Counted from the stretch's first letter, positions 13,798 through 23,578 are shown. The stretch: 64,000 nt of DNA from an uncultured Alphaproteobacteria bacterium (GCA_963841575.1 CAWJDC010000006.1:256835-320834), one strand, 5' to 3'. A program made the numbers and translations. Notes: generated from the letters alone by a model not told the origin.

Positions 13798-15423
13798 ATG
13801 GCGCCAAAACAACCGAACTACGACTACGTCATCGTCGGCGCCGGTTCAGCCGGTTGCACACTGGCTTATCGCCTCACCGAAGATGCCGATGTCCGCGTCT
13901 TGCTGCTGGAGGCCGGCGGCTGGGATCGCGATCCGATGCTCCATATCCCGTTTTGCTGGCCCTACATCCTGCTTAACCGCAAGCACGACTGGATGTATTT
14001 CGCCGAGCCCGAGGCGACGATGGACGGCCGCGGCCTCGAATGCGCCCGCGGCAAGGTGATCGGCGGCTCGTCCTCGATCAACGCCATGGCCTACGTCCGC
14101 GGTCATCGCGGCGACTACGACCGCTGGGCGGTTTCGGGACTGTCGGGCTGGTCGTTCGCGGACGTCTTGCCCTATTTCAAGCGCCAGGAAAGTTGGGAGG
14201 GCGGCGCGGACGCCTACCGCGGCGGCGCGGGGCCGCTGACGACGCGGTATTCGCGGTTCGACGACCCGCTGGTCGAGGCATATTTCGCCGCCGGCGCTGC
14301 GGCCGGTTATCAACGGACCAGCGATTACAACGGCGTGCAGCAGGAAGGCTTCGCGGTTTGGCAATGTACCATTCGCGACGGCCGCCGCTGCACCGCGTCG
14401 GTCGGTTATCTGCGGCCCGCGCTGAAGCGGCCCAATCTGACCGTGCGGGTCGGCGCTCTGGCGACGCGGATTGCGTTCGAGGGTACGCGAGCGGTCGGGG
14501 TCGAGTATCTCGACGGGACGGCGGTGAAGACCGTGCGCGCCGATCGCGAGGTTTTGCTGAGCGGCGGCGTGATCAACTCGCCGCAGCTTTTGATGCTGTC
14601 CGGTATCGGCGATCCGGCCGCGCTTGCGGCGCACGGTATCGGTGTTCGCGTGCCGCTCCCGGGCGTCGGCAAGAATCTCCAGGATCATATTTCCGCAGGC
14701 GTCGGCTACAGCCGCAAGGCAACCGGACCCGTGCACCGGCGGATGCGCGTCGATCGCATCGTGCCCGACCTCGCGCGGTCGTATCTGTTCGGCGACGGCA
14801 TGGCGACCGACCTGCCGGGCGGCGTCATGGCATTCTTGAAGACGCGGCCCGACGTCGCGCTGCCCGATGTCCAGTTGTTGTTCAACGCGGCGCCGATGAC
14901 CGCCCATCCGTATCTGGCGCCGTTCCGCAAGTCCTACGCCGACGGTTTCGCCTGCCGCGCCGCGTTGTTGCGCCCGGAAAGCCGCGGCGAGGTCAAACTC
15001 GCGTCATCCGATCCGCGTGCGGCGGTGACGATCCGGCAGAATTTTCTGGCGACAGACAGGGACTGGACGGTGCTGCGCGACGGCCTCCGCATGGTTCAGG
15101 ACATCGGCCGGCAAGCGCCGCTGGCGCCGTTCGTCGACCAGGAGCTGGCGCCGGGGCGAAACGCCTCGGCTGCCGATGTCGACGCCCACATCCGCGCCAC
15201 CGGCATTACCGTCCATCACCCGATCGGCACCTGCAAGATGGGGCCCGGCAGCGATCCTGCGGCGGTGGTCGACGCCGAACTTCGCGTCCGGGGTACCGAG
15301 GGGCTGCGCGTCGTCGATGCCGCGGCGATGCCGGACCTCGTCGGCGGCAACATCAATGCCGCCGTCGTCATGATCGCCGAGAAAGCCGCCGACCTCATCC
15401 GCGGGCGTGCCAACATGTCATAA
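13798..15423 (+). CDS. GMC family oxidoreductase (choline dehydrogenase-like)
   Basis: Intact 541 aa. FAD motif [18 protein letters not shown]; GMC signatures [18 protein letters not shown] and HPIGTCKMG. Confidence 0.9.
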   Translation: MAPKQPNYDYVIVGAGSAGCTLAYRLTEDADVRVLLLEAGGWDRDPMLHIPFCWPYILLNRKHDWMYFAEPEATMDGRGLECARGKVIGGSSSINAMAYVRGHRGDYDRWAVSGLSGWSFADVLPYFKRQESWEGGADAYRGGAGPLTTRYSRFDDPLVEAYFAAGAAAGYQRTSDYNGVQQEGFAVWQCTIRDGRRCTASVGYLRPALKRPNLTVRVGALATRIAFEGTRAVGVEYLDGTAVKTVRADREVLLSGGVINSPQLLMLSGIGDPAALAAHGIGVRVPLPGVGKNLQDHISAGVGYSRKATGPVHRRMRVDRIVPDLARSYLFGDGMATDLPGGVMAFLKTRPDVALPDVQLLFNAAPMTAHPYLAPFRKSYADGFACRAALLRPESRGEVKLASSDPRAAVTIRQNFLATDRDWTVLRDGLRMVQDIGRQAPLAPFVDQELAPGRNASAADVDAHIRATGITVHHPIGTCKMGPGSDPAAVVDAELRVRGTEGLRVVDAAAMPDLVGGNINAAVVMIAEKAADLIRGRANMS

Positions 15424-15465
15424 TGCATCGCCTTGCTTCTGCGTCGTTAGCAACGGACCCCGCCG

Positions 15466-16800
15466 ATGCGCCAGATGATCATGGTCGGCTTTCTGCAGGC
15501 GCAGAACTGCACGAACATTGCGAGCTCGTGGCGTCACCCGCAGTCGCGCACCGATAGCTGGTCGCCGGAGTTCTACCGCCACATCGGCCGCGTGCTGGAG
15601 GCGGGCAAGTTTCACCTCGGTTTTTTCGATGACCGCTTGTCGATGCCGGACATGTACGGCCGCGATCACGCCCACACCGTTGCGCATGGCATCCGCTGCG
15701 TGAAACTCGACGCCGTCACCGTGCTCACTGTGATGGGCATGGCGACCGAGCGGCTAGGCCTCGGCGCCACCTATTCGACCAGCTACTACGAGCCGTTCCA
15801 CGTGGCGCGCGTGTTCGCGACGCTCGATCTGATGACACACGGCCGCGCGGCCTGGAACGTCGTCACCTCGCTCAACGACGGCGAAGCGCAGAACATGGGC
15901 CGCGACGAGGTGATCGGGCACGATCTGCGCTACGACCGCGCCGACGAGTTCATGGAGATCGTGCTTGGTCATTGGGACACCTGGGAGGATGACGCCATCG
16001 TCCAGGACAAGGCGACCGGGTTGTTCGCCACGGCCGAGAAGGTTCATCGCCTCGATTACGCGGGACGCTACTTCCGCTCGCGCGGGCCGTTCACGGTGCC
16101 GCGCTCGGCACAAGGCCATCCTGTCATCATCCAGGCCGGCGCCAGCGGCCGCGGCAGGCGCTTCGGCGCGCAATGGGGCGAGGTGATGTTCGTCGTCTAT
16201 CCGAACCTCGAGACTGGCCAACGCGAATATGCGGCGTTCAAGGCGGAGGTGGCGCGGCTCGGCCGCGATCCGGAGCACGTCAAGGTGACGCACCTCATCA
16301 ACACGGTGGCGGCGGCGACCCAGGCCGAGGCCGAGGACAAGTGGGCTGAAATCGACAAGCTGCCGCTCGAGATCGACGCGCTGTCGCTGTTGTCGGAAGC
16401 GCTCAATTTCGATTTCGCCAAGAAGGCCATGGACGAGGCCTTCACCGCCGACGAGCTGGAGGCCATGTCCGGCCTGCAAGGCATCCGCGACCGCGTGCTC
16501 AGTGTGAGCGGGAAGAAAAATCCGACGGTGCGCGACTTCATCGACATCAGCGGCCGCGGGCGCGTGCACAATCCGATCGTCGGCGGCCCCAAGGCGGTGG
16601 CCGATCAGCTCGAACAATGGTTCGCCGCGCCGGCCTGCGATGGATTTGTCCTCTCTGCCACCCACGTTCCGGGCGCCTACGAGGACTTCGTGCGCTTCGT
16701 CGTGCCCGAGTTGCAACGCCGCGGCCTGTTCCGCAAAGAGTTCGCCGGCGCGACGCTGCGTGATAATCTCGGGCTGCCCGTCCCGGCGGTGGGCGCGTGA
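15466..16800 (+). CDS. LLM-class flavin-dependent monooxygenase (NtaA/SnaA/DszA family)
   Basis: Intact 444 aa: MRQMIMVGFLQAQNCTNIASSWRHPQSRTDSWSPEFY...AAWNVVTSLNDGEAQNMG.... Confidence 0.85.
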   Translation: MRQMIMVGFLQAQNCTNIASSWRHPQSRTDSWSPEFYRHIGRVLEAGKFHLGFFDDRLSMPDMYGRDHAHTVAHGIRCVKLDAVTVLTVMGMATERLGLGATYSTSYYEPFHVARVFATLDLMTHGRAAWNVVTSLNDGEAQNMGRDEVIGHDLRYDRADEFMEIVLGHWDTWEDDAIVQDKATGLFATAEKVHRLDYAGRYFRSRGPFTVPRSAQGHPVIIQAGASGRGRRFGAQWGEVMFVVYPNLETGQREYAAFKAEVARLGRDPEHVKVTHLINTVAAATQAEAEDKWAEIDKLPLEIDALSLLSEALNFDFAKKAMDEAFTADELEAMSGLQGIRDRVLSVSGKKNPTVRDFIDISGRGRVHNPIVGGPKAVADQLEQWFAAPACDGFVLSATHVPGAYEDFVRFVVPELQRRGLFRKEFAGATLRDNLGLPVPAVGA

Positions 16801-16847
16801 CGTTCCGCGCGTACGCCGGTAAGCTAAACTGAAGAGTGGAGTGCGCT

Positions 16848-17414
16848 ATGAAGACACCCGCAACGATGATCGCCGTGGTTCGGGATGCGTCAAGCGCGGC
16901 GGTCGCCGACACCTTTCGAACCCTGGTCGATCAGTGGCAAAAGACCGTTCGCCTTGCCGGTCTCATTGCGGAAGGCCACGGTCTTGCCGACCGGGCTTGC
17001 AGCGCTGGATTCCTGCGCAACATCGCGACCGCGGAACGGTTTTCGATATTCGAGGATACGGGACCCGGCTCGACCGTGTGCCACCTCGACGGCGCCGGCG
17101 CGCTCAGCGCGTCCAAGGCGGTGCAGCGCGATATTGCGGCGGGATGCGATCTCGTTTTATTGAACAAATTCGGCAAACTTGAAGCGGCCGGGGAGGGCCT
17201 CGCCGGCGCCTTCAGGGCGGCAATCGAAGCCCGCATCCCCCTGCTGACGTCGGTTTCTCCTGCGTCCGAACCGGCTTGGAAAAAACTCGCCGGACCGTCG
17301 TACGATGTCTTTCCTGCCGACCCCGTTGCAATCGACGCATGGTGGCGAGCGATCCACACGGCGTCAGCGGCTGCTGTGTCGTTCGATCACCACGGCCAGC
17401 AGCCAGGGCGATAA
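16848..17414 (+). CDS. DUF2478 domain-containing protein
   Basis: MKTPATMIAVV...GCDLVLLNKFGKLEAAGEGLAGAFRAAIEARIPLLTSVS. The ATG at 16848 is preferred over the upstream alternative start. Confidence 0.65.
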   Translation: MKTPATMIAVVRDASSAAVADTFRTLVDQWQKTVRLAGLIAEGHGLADRACSAGFLRNIATAERFSIFEDTGPGSTVCHLDGAGALSASKAVQRDIAAGCDLVLLNKFGKLEAAGEGLAGAFRAAIEARIPLLTSVSPASEPAWKKLAGPSYDVFPADPVAIDAWWRAIHTASAAAVSFDHHGQQPGR

Positions 17415-17423
17415 TCGGTCCGT

Positions 17424-18431
17424 TCAATCGATGGGAGGTTTGGTGCCCGTTTCGCGCGCGTGCATATCGAGCCACCGTCCCTCGACGTCGCGGCTCATGA
17501 TGTAAACCTTGCGGCTGGTAGCATCGCCGTACCGGAAGCAGAGCTCGTCGAGCGCAGGAATTCGCCGATAGTCGTCCTGATAGTGACGTTCGCGCGCGGC
17601 AAAAATCTCTTCGCAAGACGAATTTTCCAGGTCATCGATGTTGGTCTCGTCGACATCGAGCTTCAGCATCAACCTTCGCGGCTGGCTCGCGGTTTCCAGC
17701 ATCACGGGGATCCATTCCCGCTCCGACAGCCAGTTGTCGAATTTCCGCGGCCGAAGCTGTTTGATCCGTGGCGGCAGGCTATCGCGGATGTCTTCGGTGA
17801 TCCGTTCGCTCTCATATCGCGTGGCCAGCCCGGCATAAAAGAACGGGCTTGCGATGCGGCTGCTGACCTCTCCCGGAATATCGTCGAGGATGTCGAGCAG
17901 GCGGTCGAAAATCGGCAGTGTGTTTTGCGTGAGGAAGAGCTTTTCGCGGCGAACCATGCCGCGCTCGCCGCCCAACCGCAGGATCGCGGTCTGATAATCG
18001 AAGTCGCCGGCGCGCCCATTCCATCGATCGTGCGTTGCGCCGCAGCCCGCGAACGAGGCATGGAAGCCGGCGATGCCGGCGGCTTTTCGTTCCTCAAGCC
18101 ACGTTGTCAGCGCATCACCATGCCGAATGCGAAGGCCGCCGAGATTGAGTATCTCGAACTTGCCGCCGCGCCTGGCCCGGAGACGGGCAACGCCCTTCAG
18201 GGTCTCGAGATCGTAATCAAGCGATGGACCGACAAAAATCCCGATCTCGAGGTCATCGCGGCGGTCCGATTGCTTCCAATCGTGAAACCGATGAACAAGC
18301 CGTTCAAACCGCGAAAACGGCAACGCGCTGCGCTTTCGCGATTCCGAGATCAGGCAATAGCGGCAGATGTGCGCGCACGGCGCGTGGCGCAACGAAAACC
18401 GCAGTCCTTTACCCACAATCTCTCTTGGCAT
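17424..18431 (-). CDS. Radical SAM protein (no SPASM-type Cys cluster; C-terminal domain unrecognised)
   Basis: Intact 335 aa with the CX3CX2C motif CAHICRYC at residues 19-26. It starts 15 bp after the stop of the S8 peptidase gene on the same strand. Confidence 0.8.
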   Translation of the reverse strand: MPREIVGKGLRFSLRHAPCAHICRYCLISESRKRSALPFSRFERLVHRFHDWKQSDRRDDLEIGIFVGPSLDYDLETLKGVARLRARRGGKFEILNLGGLRIRHGDALTTWLEERKAAGIAGFHASFAGCGATHDRWNGRAGDFDYQTAILRLGGERGMVRREKLFLTQNTLPIFDRLLDILDDIPGEVSSRIASPFFYAGLATRYESERITEDIRDSLPPRIKQLRPRKFDNWLSEREWIPVMLETASQPRRLMLKLDVDETNIDDLENSSCEEIFAARERHYQDDYRRIPALDELCFRYGDATSRKVYIMSRDVEGRWLDMHARETGTKPPID

Positions 18432-18446
18432 GTCGAACTCGAGCGA

Positions 18447-20035
18447 TCACGGCTTCGCACGCGCGGCCTCGTCTTTCAAAACCGATTTGCCGTCGAGCCG
18501 CGTCACGGCACGATAGGCGTTCGCGAGACCAGCGCCAAAGGCCGAATCGTCGCCGGACGGCTTGAGCGGCTTGGCTGTCGTGGTGATGATGGTGCGGATA
18601 TCCTGTGGCTTGAGTGCCGGATAACGCTCCAGCAAGAGTGCCGCGATGCCGCTGACGTGCGCTGCGGCCACCGAGGTTCCCGTGGTGATCTGGTAGGAGT
18701 CATCGGGCGCCAGCGCGAGAATCTCGACCCCCGGGGCGGCCACCGCGATATAGCGGCCGCGATTGTCCATCTTGAACATGCCGTCGTTGCTGTCGGTCGC
18801 CGCCACCGCAATCACATCGGGATCGGCTGCCGGGTACGGCGGCTTGGAATTCGGCCCGGCATTGCCGGCTGCCGCGATCAGCACAATGTCTTTCTCGTAA
18901 GCTGCCGCCAGCATGCGATGGAGTGCTGGATCGGCGGGGCCGGTAAAGCTCATATTGACGACGCGCGCGCCATTGTCGGCGGCCCATTGCAGGCTCTTGT
19001 AGATCGCAAACGAGGTTCCGTTGGCTTCGCCGGGTGTGTCGTCGAACGCGCGCGCCGCCAGCACCTTGGCGTCCGGCGCGATACCCATGAGCTTGCCGTG
19101 TGCGGCAATCGCGCCCGCAATGGCGGTGCCATGCAGTTGCGGCTTGTCTTCGCCGCCGAGCGCATCGAAGTTTTTCACGATTGTCGCATCGAGATCGGGT
19201 TGGGTTGCATCGATGTCCGAATCGATCACCGCGACTGGAATATCCTTTCCCATCGCCAGGTGATGCGCTTCGGCGATGTGCAGTTTGCTCAGAACGTATT
19301 GGGCGGCATCGCCCGGCGTGCTCGCAGGGGTTTTGCTGAGTTGTTCCTGCAGCGCGAAAATATAATTGGGTTGCGCGCTGGCGACGATGCGTTCGTTCTC
19401 GAGCACGCCCACCACATCCGGCACCGATACGGCCGCGGCCGATGCGCCAGCGATAGAGCGTGCCGCCGAGCAACGGGAAGCTTTGGGTTTCGAGCTGCGT
19501 CAGATCGTATTGCCGCGCGATCCGATCGATCGCTTGCGGCGTGGCGTTTGCGGCGAATTCGGTGATGACCTCGTCGCGGACGTAGCGTTGCTCGCCGCGC
19601 GGCGGCACGCCGCTGCCGTTGTTGCCGCCGCTTCGGCGTCCCGCCTGGCGACGCGGTTGGCGCGACCGCCGCTTGGCAGCAGGGTATTTCGCCGACAGTA
19701 CGGTCGATCTCGCCGCGGCCGACGATCCGATGATGTCTACCGCCGCCGCCTTCGCCGGGTCCGGGCCCTCTGCCGATCCTGCCGGGGCCGCGCTCGACGA
19801 CAATGCCGACGCCGCGCCGCGGCGGCGGCGGCGGTTGTCGCCACCGCCGCACGCCCATGCCCGGTCTGCCAAAGCCGCCGCCCATCGCCGGCGGATGGAA
19901 GCCGCCCATCCGGCCGAAGCCAAACATGCCGAACGCTACCGCCGCGCGCGAACCGCCAATCGAGCCCGCGGTCACGAGCAAACCGCAGAGCAGCAACGCC
20001 AGGATCAGCCGCGAAGTCATGAAGCTCTTTCGCAT
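18447..20035 (-). pseudogene. Secreted S8 (subtilisin-like) serine peptidase with a Gly-rich N-region and I9-like propeptide; about 2 frameshifts in the N-terminal third
   Basis: RBS gggag and signal peptide MRKSFMTSRLILALLLCGLLVTAG. Gly-rich tract FGMFGFGRMGGFHPPAMGGGFGRPGMG. Propeptide YVRDEVITEFAANATPQAIDRIARQYDLTQLE. Catalytic motifs VAVIDSDID, HGTAIAGAIAA and GTSVAAAHVSG. Confidence 0.85.
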
Positions 20036-20140
20036 GGCAAACTCCCGATATGGCGGCCGCTTAGCGCAGCGGCCCATCAGCAAAACCTCCGGAGCCGAGG
20101 CGGCGTCACAGCCGCGCCGCCCTCGACGTTCGTTCGGCCG

Positions 20141-20812
20141 TTATTCAGTCATGGCGATGAAGCCGACGACCTTATCGTTCTGCAGCGTCTTTACGATGCG
20201 CATCAGGTCGGCCTTCGGCAACTTGGTTGACGCCACACGCACCCGGTATAAGCCGCCGGCCGATGGCCCGCCAACGATGCTCAGCTTGTTGGTTTCCAGG
20301 AAATTTGCGGTATCGGCGGCGGTCGCCTGGGGCTGGAAGCGCATCAGGACGTAGGCGCCTTCGCCGGAAACGTCGGCCGGCACCGAGGCTGTTTCATAAC
20401 GGCCCGAGCCGATGTCCTTGAACAGGATGCCGCCAATCAGCGCGGCCTGCAGCACGATGGCGAGCGCTGCGGCGCTGGCCGACCACGCCAATGTCTGTGG
20501 CGACAGACTTGCGAAAAACTCGCCGATGCGGGCGCCGAGGCTGATCGAACCCGCGCGCCGCCGCGCCGGTTGCGCGTCGATCTTGGCGAACAGAACGTCC
20601 ACGTCGCGTGCCGAAGGTTCGCCCATCGCCTCGCTGGCATAGGTTTCTTGTGCGAACTCCTCGCGCACCCATTCGTAGCGGCGGGCGAGCTCGGGGTCGC
20701 TGGCGAGCGCGGCTTCCACCTGCTGCGCCTCGCGATCGTCGAGCGCTCCCGCGGCATGCCACGGCAGCAACAGTTCGATTTCGCTGGGTTCGCGATTGTC
20801 TGCTGTGGTCAT
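20141..20812 (-). CDS. Anti-sigma factor (single-pass membrane protein)
   Basis: The ATG at 20812 overlaps the sigma gene stop (ATGA). N-terminal anti-sigma domain LLLPWHAAGALDDREAQQVEAALASDPELARRYEWVREE. One TM helix LAWSASAAALAIVLQAALIGGILF, followed by a periplasmic domain. Confidence 0.8.
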   Translation of the reverse strand: MTTADNREPSEIELLLPWHAAGALDDREAQQVEAALASDPELARRYEWVREEFAQETYASEAMGEPSARDVDVLFAKIDAQPARRRAGSISLGARIGEFFASLSPQTLAWSASAAALAIVLQAALIGGILFKDIGSGRYETASVPADVSGEGAYVLMRFQPQATAADTANFLETNKLSIVGGPSAGGLYRVRVASTKLPKADLMRIVKTLQNDKVVGFIAMTE

Positions 20813-21394
20813 GGCCAACCTCGATCGATGCCTTGCTCCTTGAGGAGCTCGGATAATTTCTTGCGGGCGTAGAACATCCGCGTCTTCACGGTCGCCTCCG
20901 GGATGCCGACGATGCCGGCGACGTCCTCCACCGACTTATGCTGGTAGTACACAAGGTTGACGATTTCCCGGTGCTCCGCTGACAGCTTGGTCGAGGCACT
21001 GCCGCAACGCCGCGGCCTTGTCTTTCTTGGCCAAGGTGATTTCCGGATCGTCGGCGTCATCCTCGATTGCACCGGCATTCTCCTCATCCAGTTCCTCCGT
21101 CGGCCGGCGCTGCAGGACTGTCAGTGCCTTGAAGCGGGCGATACTGAAAATCCATGTCGAGACCGCCGACCGCCCCTCGAACGTCCCGGCTTGCCGCCAG
21201 ACGTCGAGGAACACGTCGCTGTTCAAATCTTCCGCCGTGGCGTCGTTGCGCACCATACGCAGCAGGAACCGATAAACGCGGATCCGATAGCGCGCGAACA
21301 ACTCCGCCATCGCGTGCCGATCGCCCTTGGCGATCCGCACGATCAGAACCTCATCCGAAGTCGTTTGCATCGGCAGGTCCATCGGCTCGTCCAT
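20809..21394 (-). pseudogene. ECF-type RNA polymerase sigma-70 family factor (one frameshift)
   Basis: Region 2: AELFARYRIRVYRFLLRMVRNDATAEDLNSDVFLDVWRQAGTFEGRSAVSTWIFSIARFKAL. Region 4, in a second frame: LSAEHREIVNLVYYQHKSVEDVAGIVGIPEATVKTRMFYARKKL. The true start may be an internal Met (see the promoter call). Confidence 0.85.
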
Positions 21395-21395
21395 T

Positions 21396-21421
21396 AGGCA
21401 GCCGGCGGGCGCGCAGGTTCA
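21396..21421 (-). promoter_or_regulatory. Candidate ECF-type promoter upstream of the sigma gene
   Basis: The minus strand reads TGAACC-N16-GCCT. The same TGAACC-N16-G(T/C)C(C/T) layout occurs on the opposite strand in front of the Gly-repeat gene. Confidence 0.25.
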
Positions 21422-21601
21422 CATGAAATCGAAAAAAAATAACGCGGCGGGTCCGGGCACCTGGCGCTTGGCCCGATTGTCCTCTTTCAGGCGCAAATCG
21501 GCAAGGTAGCGGCGCTCGCGCCGGGTTTTCGACCGGGTTCGTCCTGAGCCAGTCCTGATTGTCCAAGGAGCCGCGCCGATTTCGGCCGATGCCTGCGCGC
21601 T

Positions 21602-21627
21602 TGAACCTTTCTCCGGGAACGCTGTCC
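21602..21627 (+). promoter_or_regulatory. Candidate ECF-type promoter upstream of the Gly-repeat/His-rich protein gene
   Basis: TGAACC (21602-21607), 16 nt, then GTCC (21624-21627), about 35 nt upstream of the ATG at 21663. This resembles the GGAAC/GAACC -35 and GTC -10 logic of ECF promoters. Confidence 0.25.
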
Positions 21628-21662
21628 CACAGGCATCGGAATTCAAACCTTGGAGAACGACC

Positions 21663-22317
21663 ATGTCACGCAAAATCATCCTTACTCTAGCGGCGGCCAC
21701 GATTGCTGTTGCGACGCTCGCTTCGCAGTCGGCAGACGCCAGGGGCTTCGGTGGGTTCGGCGGCGGCCGCTCCTTTGGCGGCGGCGGTGCTCACTTTGGT
21801 GGCGGCCGGTCCTTCGGTGGCGGCGCCCGCTTCGGCGGCGGCCGATCCTTCGGCGGCGGCGGCCCCCGCTTCGTCGGTGGCCGTTTCCCCGGACACGGCG
21901 GCGGACACACCTTGATCCCGATCTTCAACCCGGGCCACGGCGACCCCATCCATCCGATTCATCCGATCCATCCCCCGATCCACGTCGGCTGGCATTGGCA
22001 CGACCACCATCACGGCTACCGCGTGTTCCGCGACGGGCGCTGGATTGTCCTCGACGAACCGATCGGCGATACGGCCGTTGTGGAACTCGGTTGCCGTGGC
22101 GCCCGCAGCCGGCCCCGGACCGTGCACGTGCCTGACCAAGAACTACACGCCGGACGGTCTCGTGGTGTTTGCCGATATCTGCACCAAGGAAGCCGCCACC
22201 GCGCCGGTCGACGGCAGAGCCGCCGACGCTACCCCGGTGCCGACCTCTACGGATTACGCCGGCCGCACCTATCAGGACTATCTGACCGACCACCCACAGG
22301 CCGCGCAGAAGAATTGA
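21663..22317 (+). pseudogene. Secreted Gly-repeat / His-Pro-rich protein (one frameshift near 22090)
   Basis: RBS ggaga and signal peptide MSRKIILTLAAATIAVATLASQSADA. About four (GGG)RSFGGGG-x-F repeats, then HPIHPIHPIHPPIHVGWHWHDHHHGY. C-terminus in a second frame: PCTCLTKNYTPDGLVVFADICTKEAA...DHPQAAQKN*. Confidence 0.7.
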
Positions 22318-22351
22318 AGAAGCCGCCAGCGCACGTTGCGATTTGAAGACG

Positions 22352-22383
22352 AAGGCCGCTTGCGAAAATTCGCGGGCGGCCTT
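22352..22383 (+). terminator. Hairpin, candidate intrinsic terminator after the Gly-repeat gene
   Basis: aaggccgcttgcgaa-aa-ttcgcgggcggcctt followed by ttgccgtt. Confidence 0.4.
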
Positions 22384-22446
22384 TGCCGTTGGTTTGCCCA
22401 CAGGCGCGAGGCGGTTCCCTTCGCGCGGCAGGCCCGCTAAGCTCCG

Positions 22447-23431
22447 GTGATGATGCCCGCATTGACCCAAGAAACCTCGCAACAAAGCCCCCAACACACC
22501 CCGCAACACGATCGCCCGCCGCAAAGCTTTACCGGCGGCATCGCTGCGCTTGCGGACGATCGGCTTTACGCGCTGCAAAATCCCTTCGCGCTCGACGGCC
22601 GGGTCAGTCGTCTTATCCGGCCAGCGCCCGCGGCTATTCGGTGGCGAACAGCTACCTGCTGACGCGAGCCCGACGCCGCGATGCTGATCGACACCGGCTT
22701 CGGCAAGGATGAGCCGGCGATCCGCGGCGCAGATCGAGTCGCTGATCGCGCCGCGGCCTGCCGCTGTCGATGTTTCCGCTGCGGCTCAACGAATTCATGT
22801 CGATCAACAACGTCGAGAGCTTTGCCGGGCCACTTCAACGTCGAGACCTGCTACACCAGCAATATCGACGCGGCGCTGTGGTTCGATTTCGGCGCCAAGG
22901 CGGACGGCCGCGACGTCCTCAAATCGATGAAGGTCACCGCGGTGACGCGCGCCGACACCATCACACTCGGCAAGGCCGGTCGCGCCATCGACGTCATGCA
23001 GGCGCCGATCCGCCTGATCGCGACGCGCTGGCTCTACGACCGTGCCACCAAGACATTGTTCTCGTCCGACATGTTCACCCACGTCTGGCGCGAAACCGCG
23101 ACCGGGCCGTGGATCGTGACCGAGACGGATAACGATCCGAACGATGCCACGGCCGCGCGACGTGCGCTCGTTCATGCTGAACACGCGCTACTGGTGGCTG
23201 GAAGGCGCGCCGACCGACACGATCCGCCGCGGCATCGGCGAGGTGTTCGACAAGTACGACATCGAGACCATCGCGCCGGGCTACGGCTGCATCCTGCGTG
23301 GCCGCAACGTGGTGGCGCGGCATTACCAGATGCTCGACGACTTTCTCAAAGCGCTGCGACAAGAGCGTGGCGGTGTCGCGCTACGTCACCCGCGACGAGG
23401 AGCGCTGATTGTATTCTTTACCTCACCCTGA
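22447..23431 (+). pseudogene. MBL-fold-like protein, degenerate metal motif, at least 4 frameshifts
   Basis: Pieces: DDRLYALQNPFALDGRVS; MLIDTGFGKDEPAIRG; LRLNEFMSINNVESFAG; NVETCYTSNIDAALWFDFGAKADGRDVLKSMKVTAVTRADTITLGKAGRAIDVMQAPIRLIATRWLYDRATKTLFSSDMFTH; FMLNTRYWWLEGAPTDTIRRGIGEVFDKYDIETIAPGYGCILRG. Its architecture parallels the next gene. The 3' end is uncertain. Confidence 0.55.
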
Positions 23432-23550
23432 AAGGGGGATGCCGGCGGCCAACGGCCGTCGGGTGGGGGTCCGTCATGTGCTCATGTCCGCGACGCACGG
23501 ACCCCTCCCTGGCGCGCTTTGCGCGCCGGCCCTCCCCTTTCAGGGGAGGG
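23421..23550. repeat. REP/RIME-like compound palindromic intergenic element
   Basis: Hairpins ccctgaaaggg, ggggtccgt...acggacccc, ggcgcgctttgcgcgcc and cccctttcagggg. The outer arms are inverted copies of each other. Confidence 0.6.
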
Positions 23551-23578
23551 TACATCCATACAGAAAGCCAACCCCACC

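Noticed and set aside
17460-19565. 701-aa ORF antisense to the radical SAM and S8 genes
   Set aside because: Same reasoning. It crosses an intergenic gap and two real genes on the other strand, and it has no domain signatures or RBS.
21740-21965. Tandem 36-39-bp and 9-bp DNA repeats as a possible CRISPR array or VNTR
   Set aside because: The repeats are contiguous with no spacers, are in frame, and encode the GGGRSFGGG and HPI peptide repeats of a signal-peptide protein.
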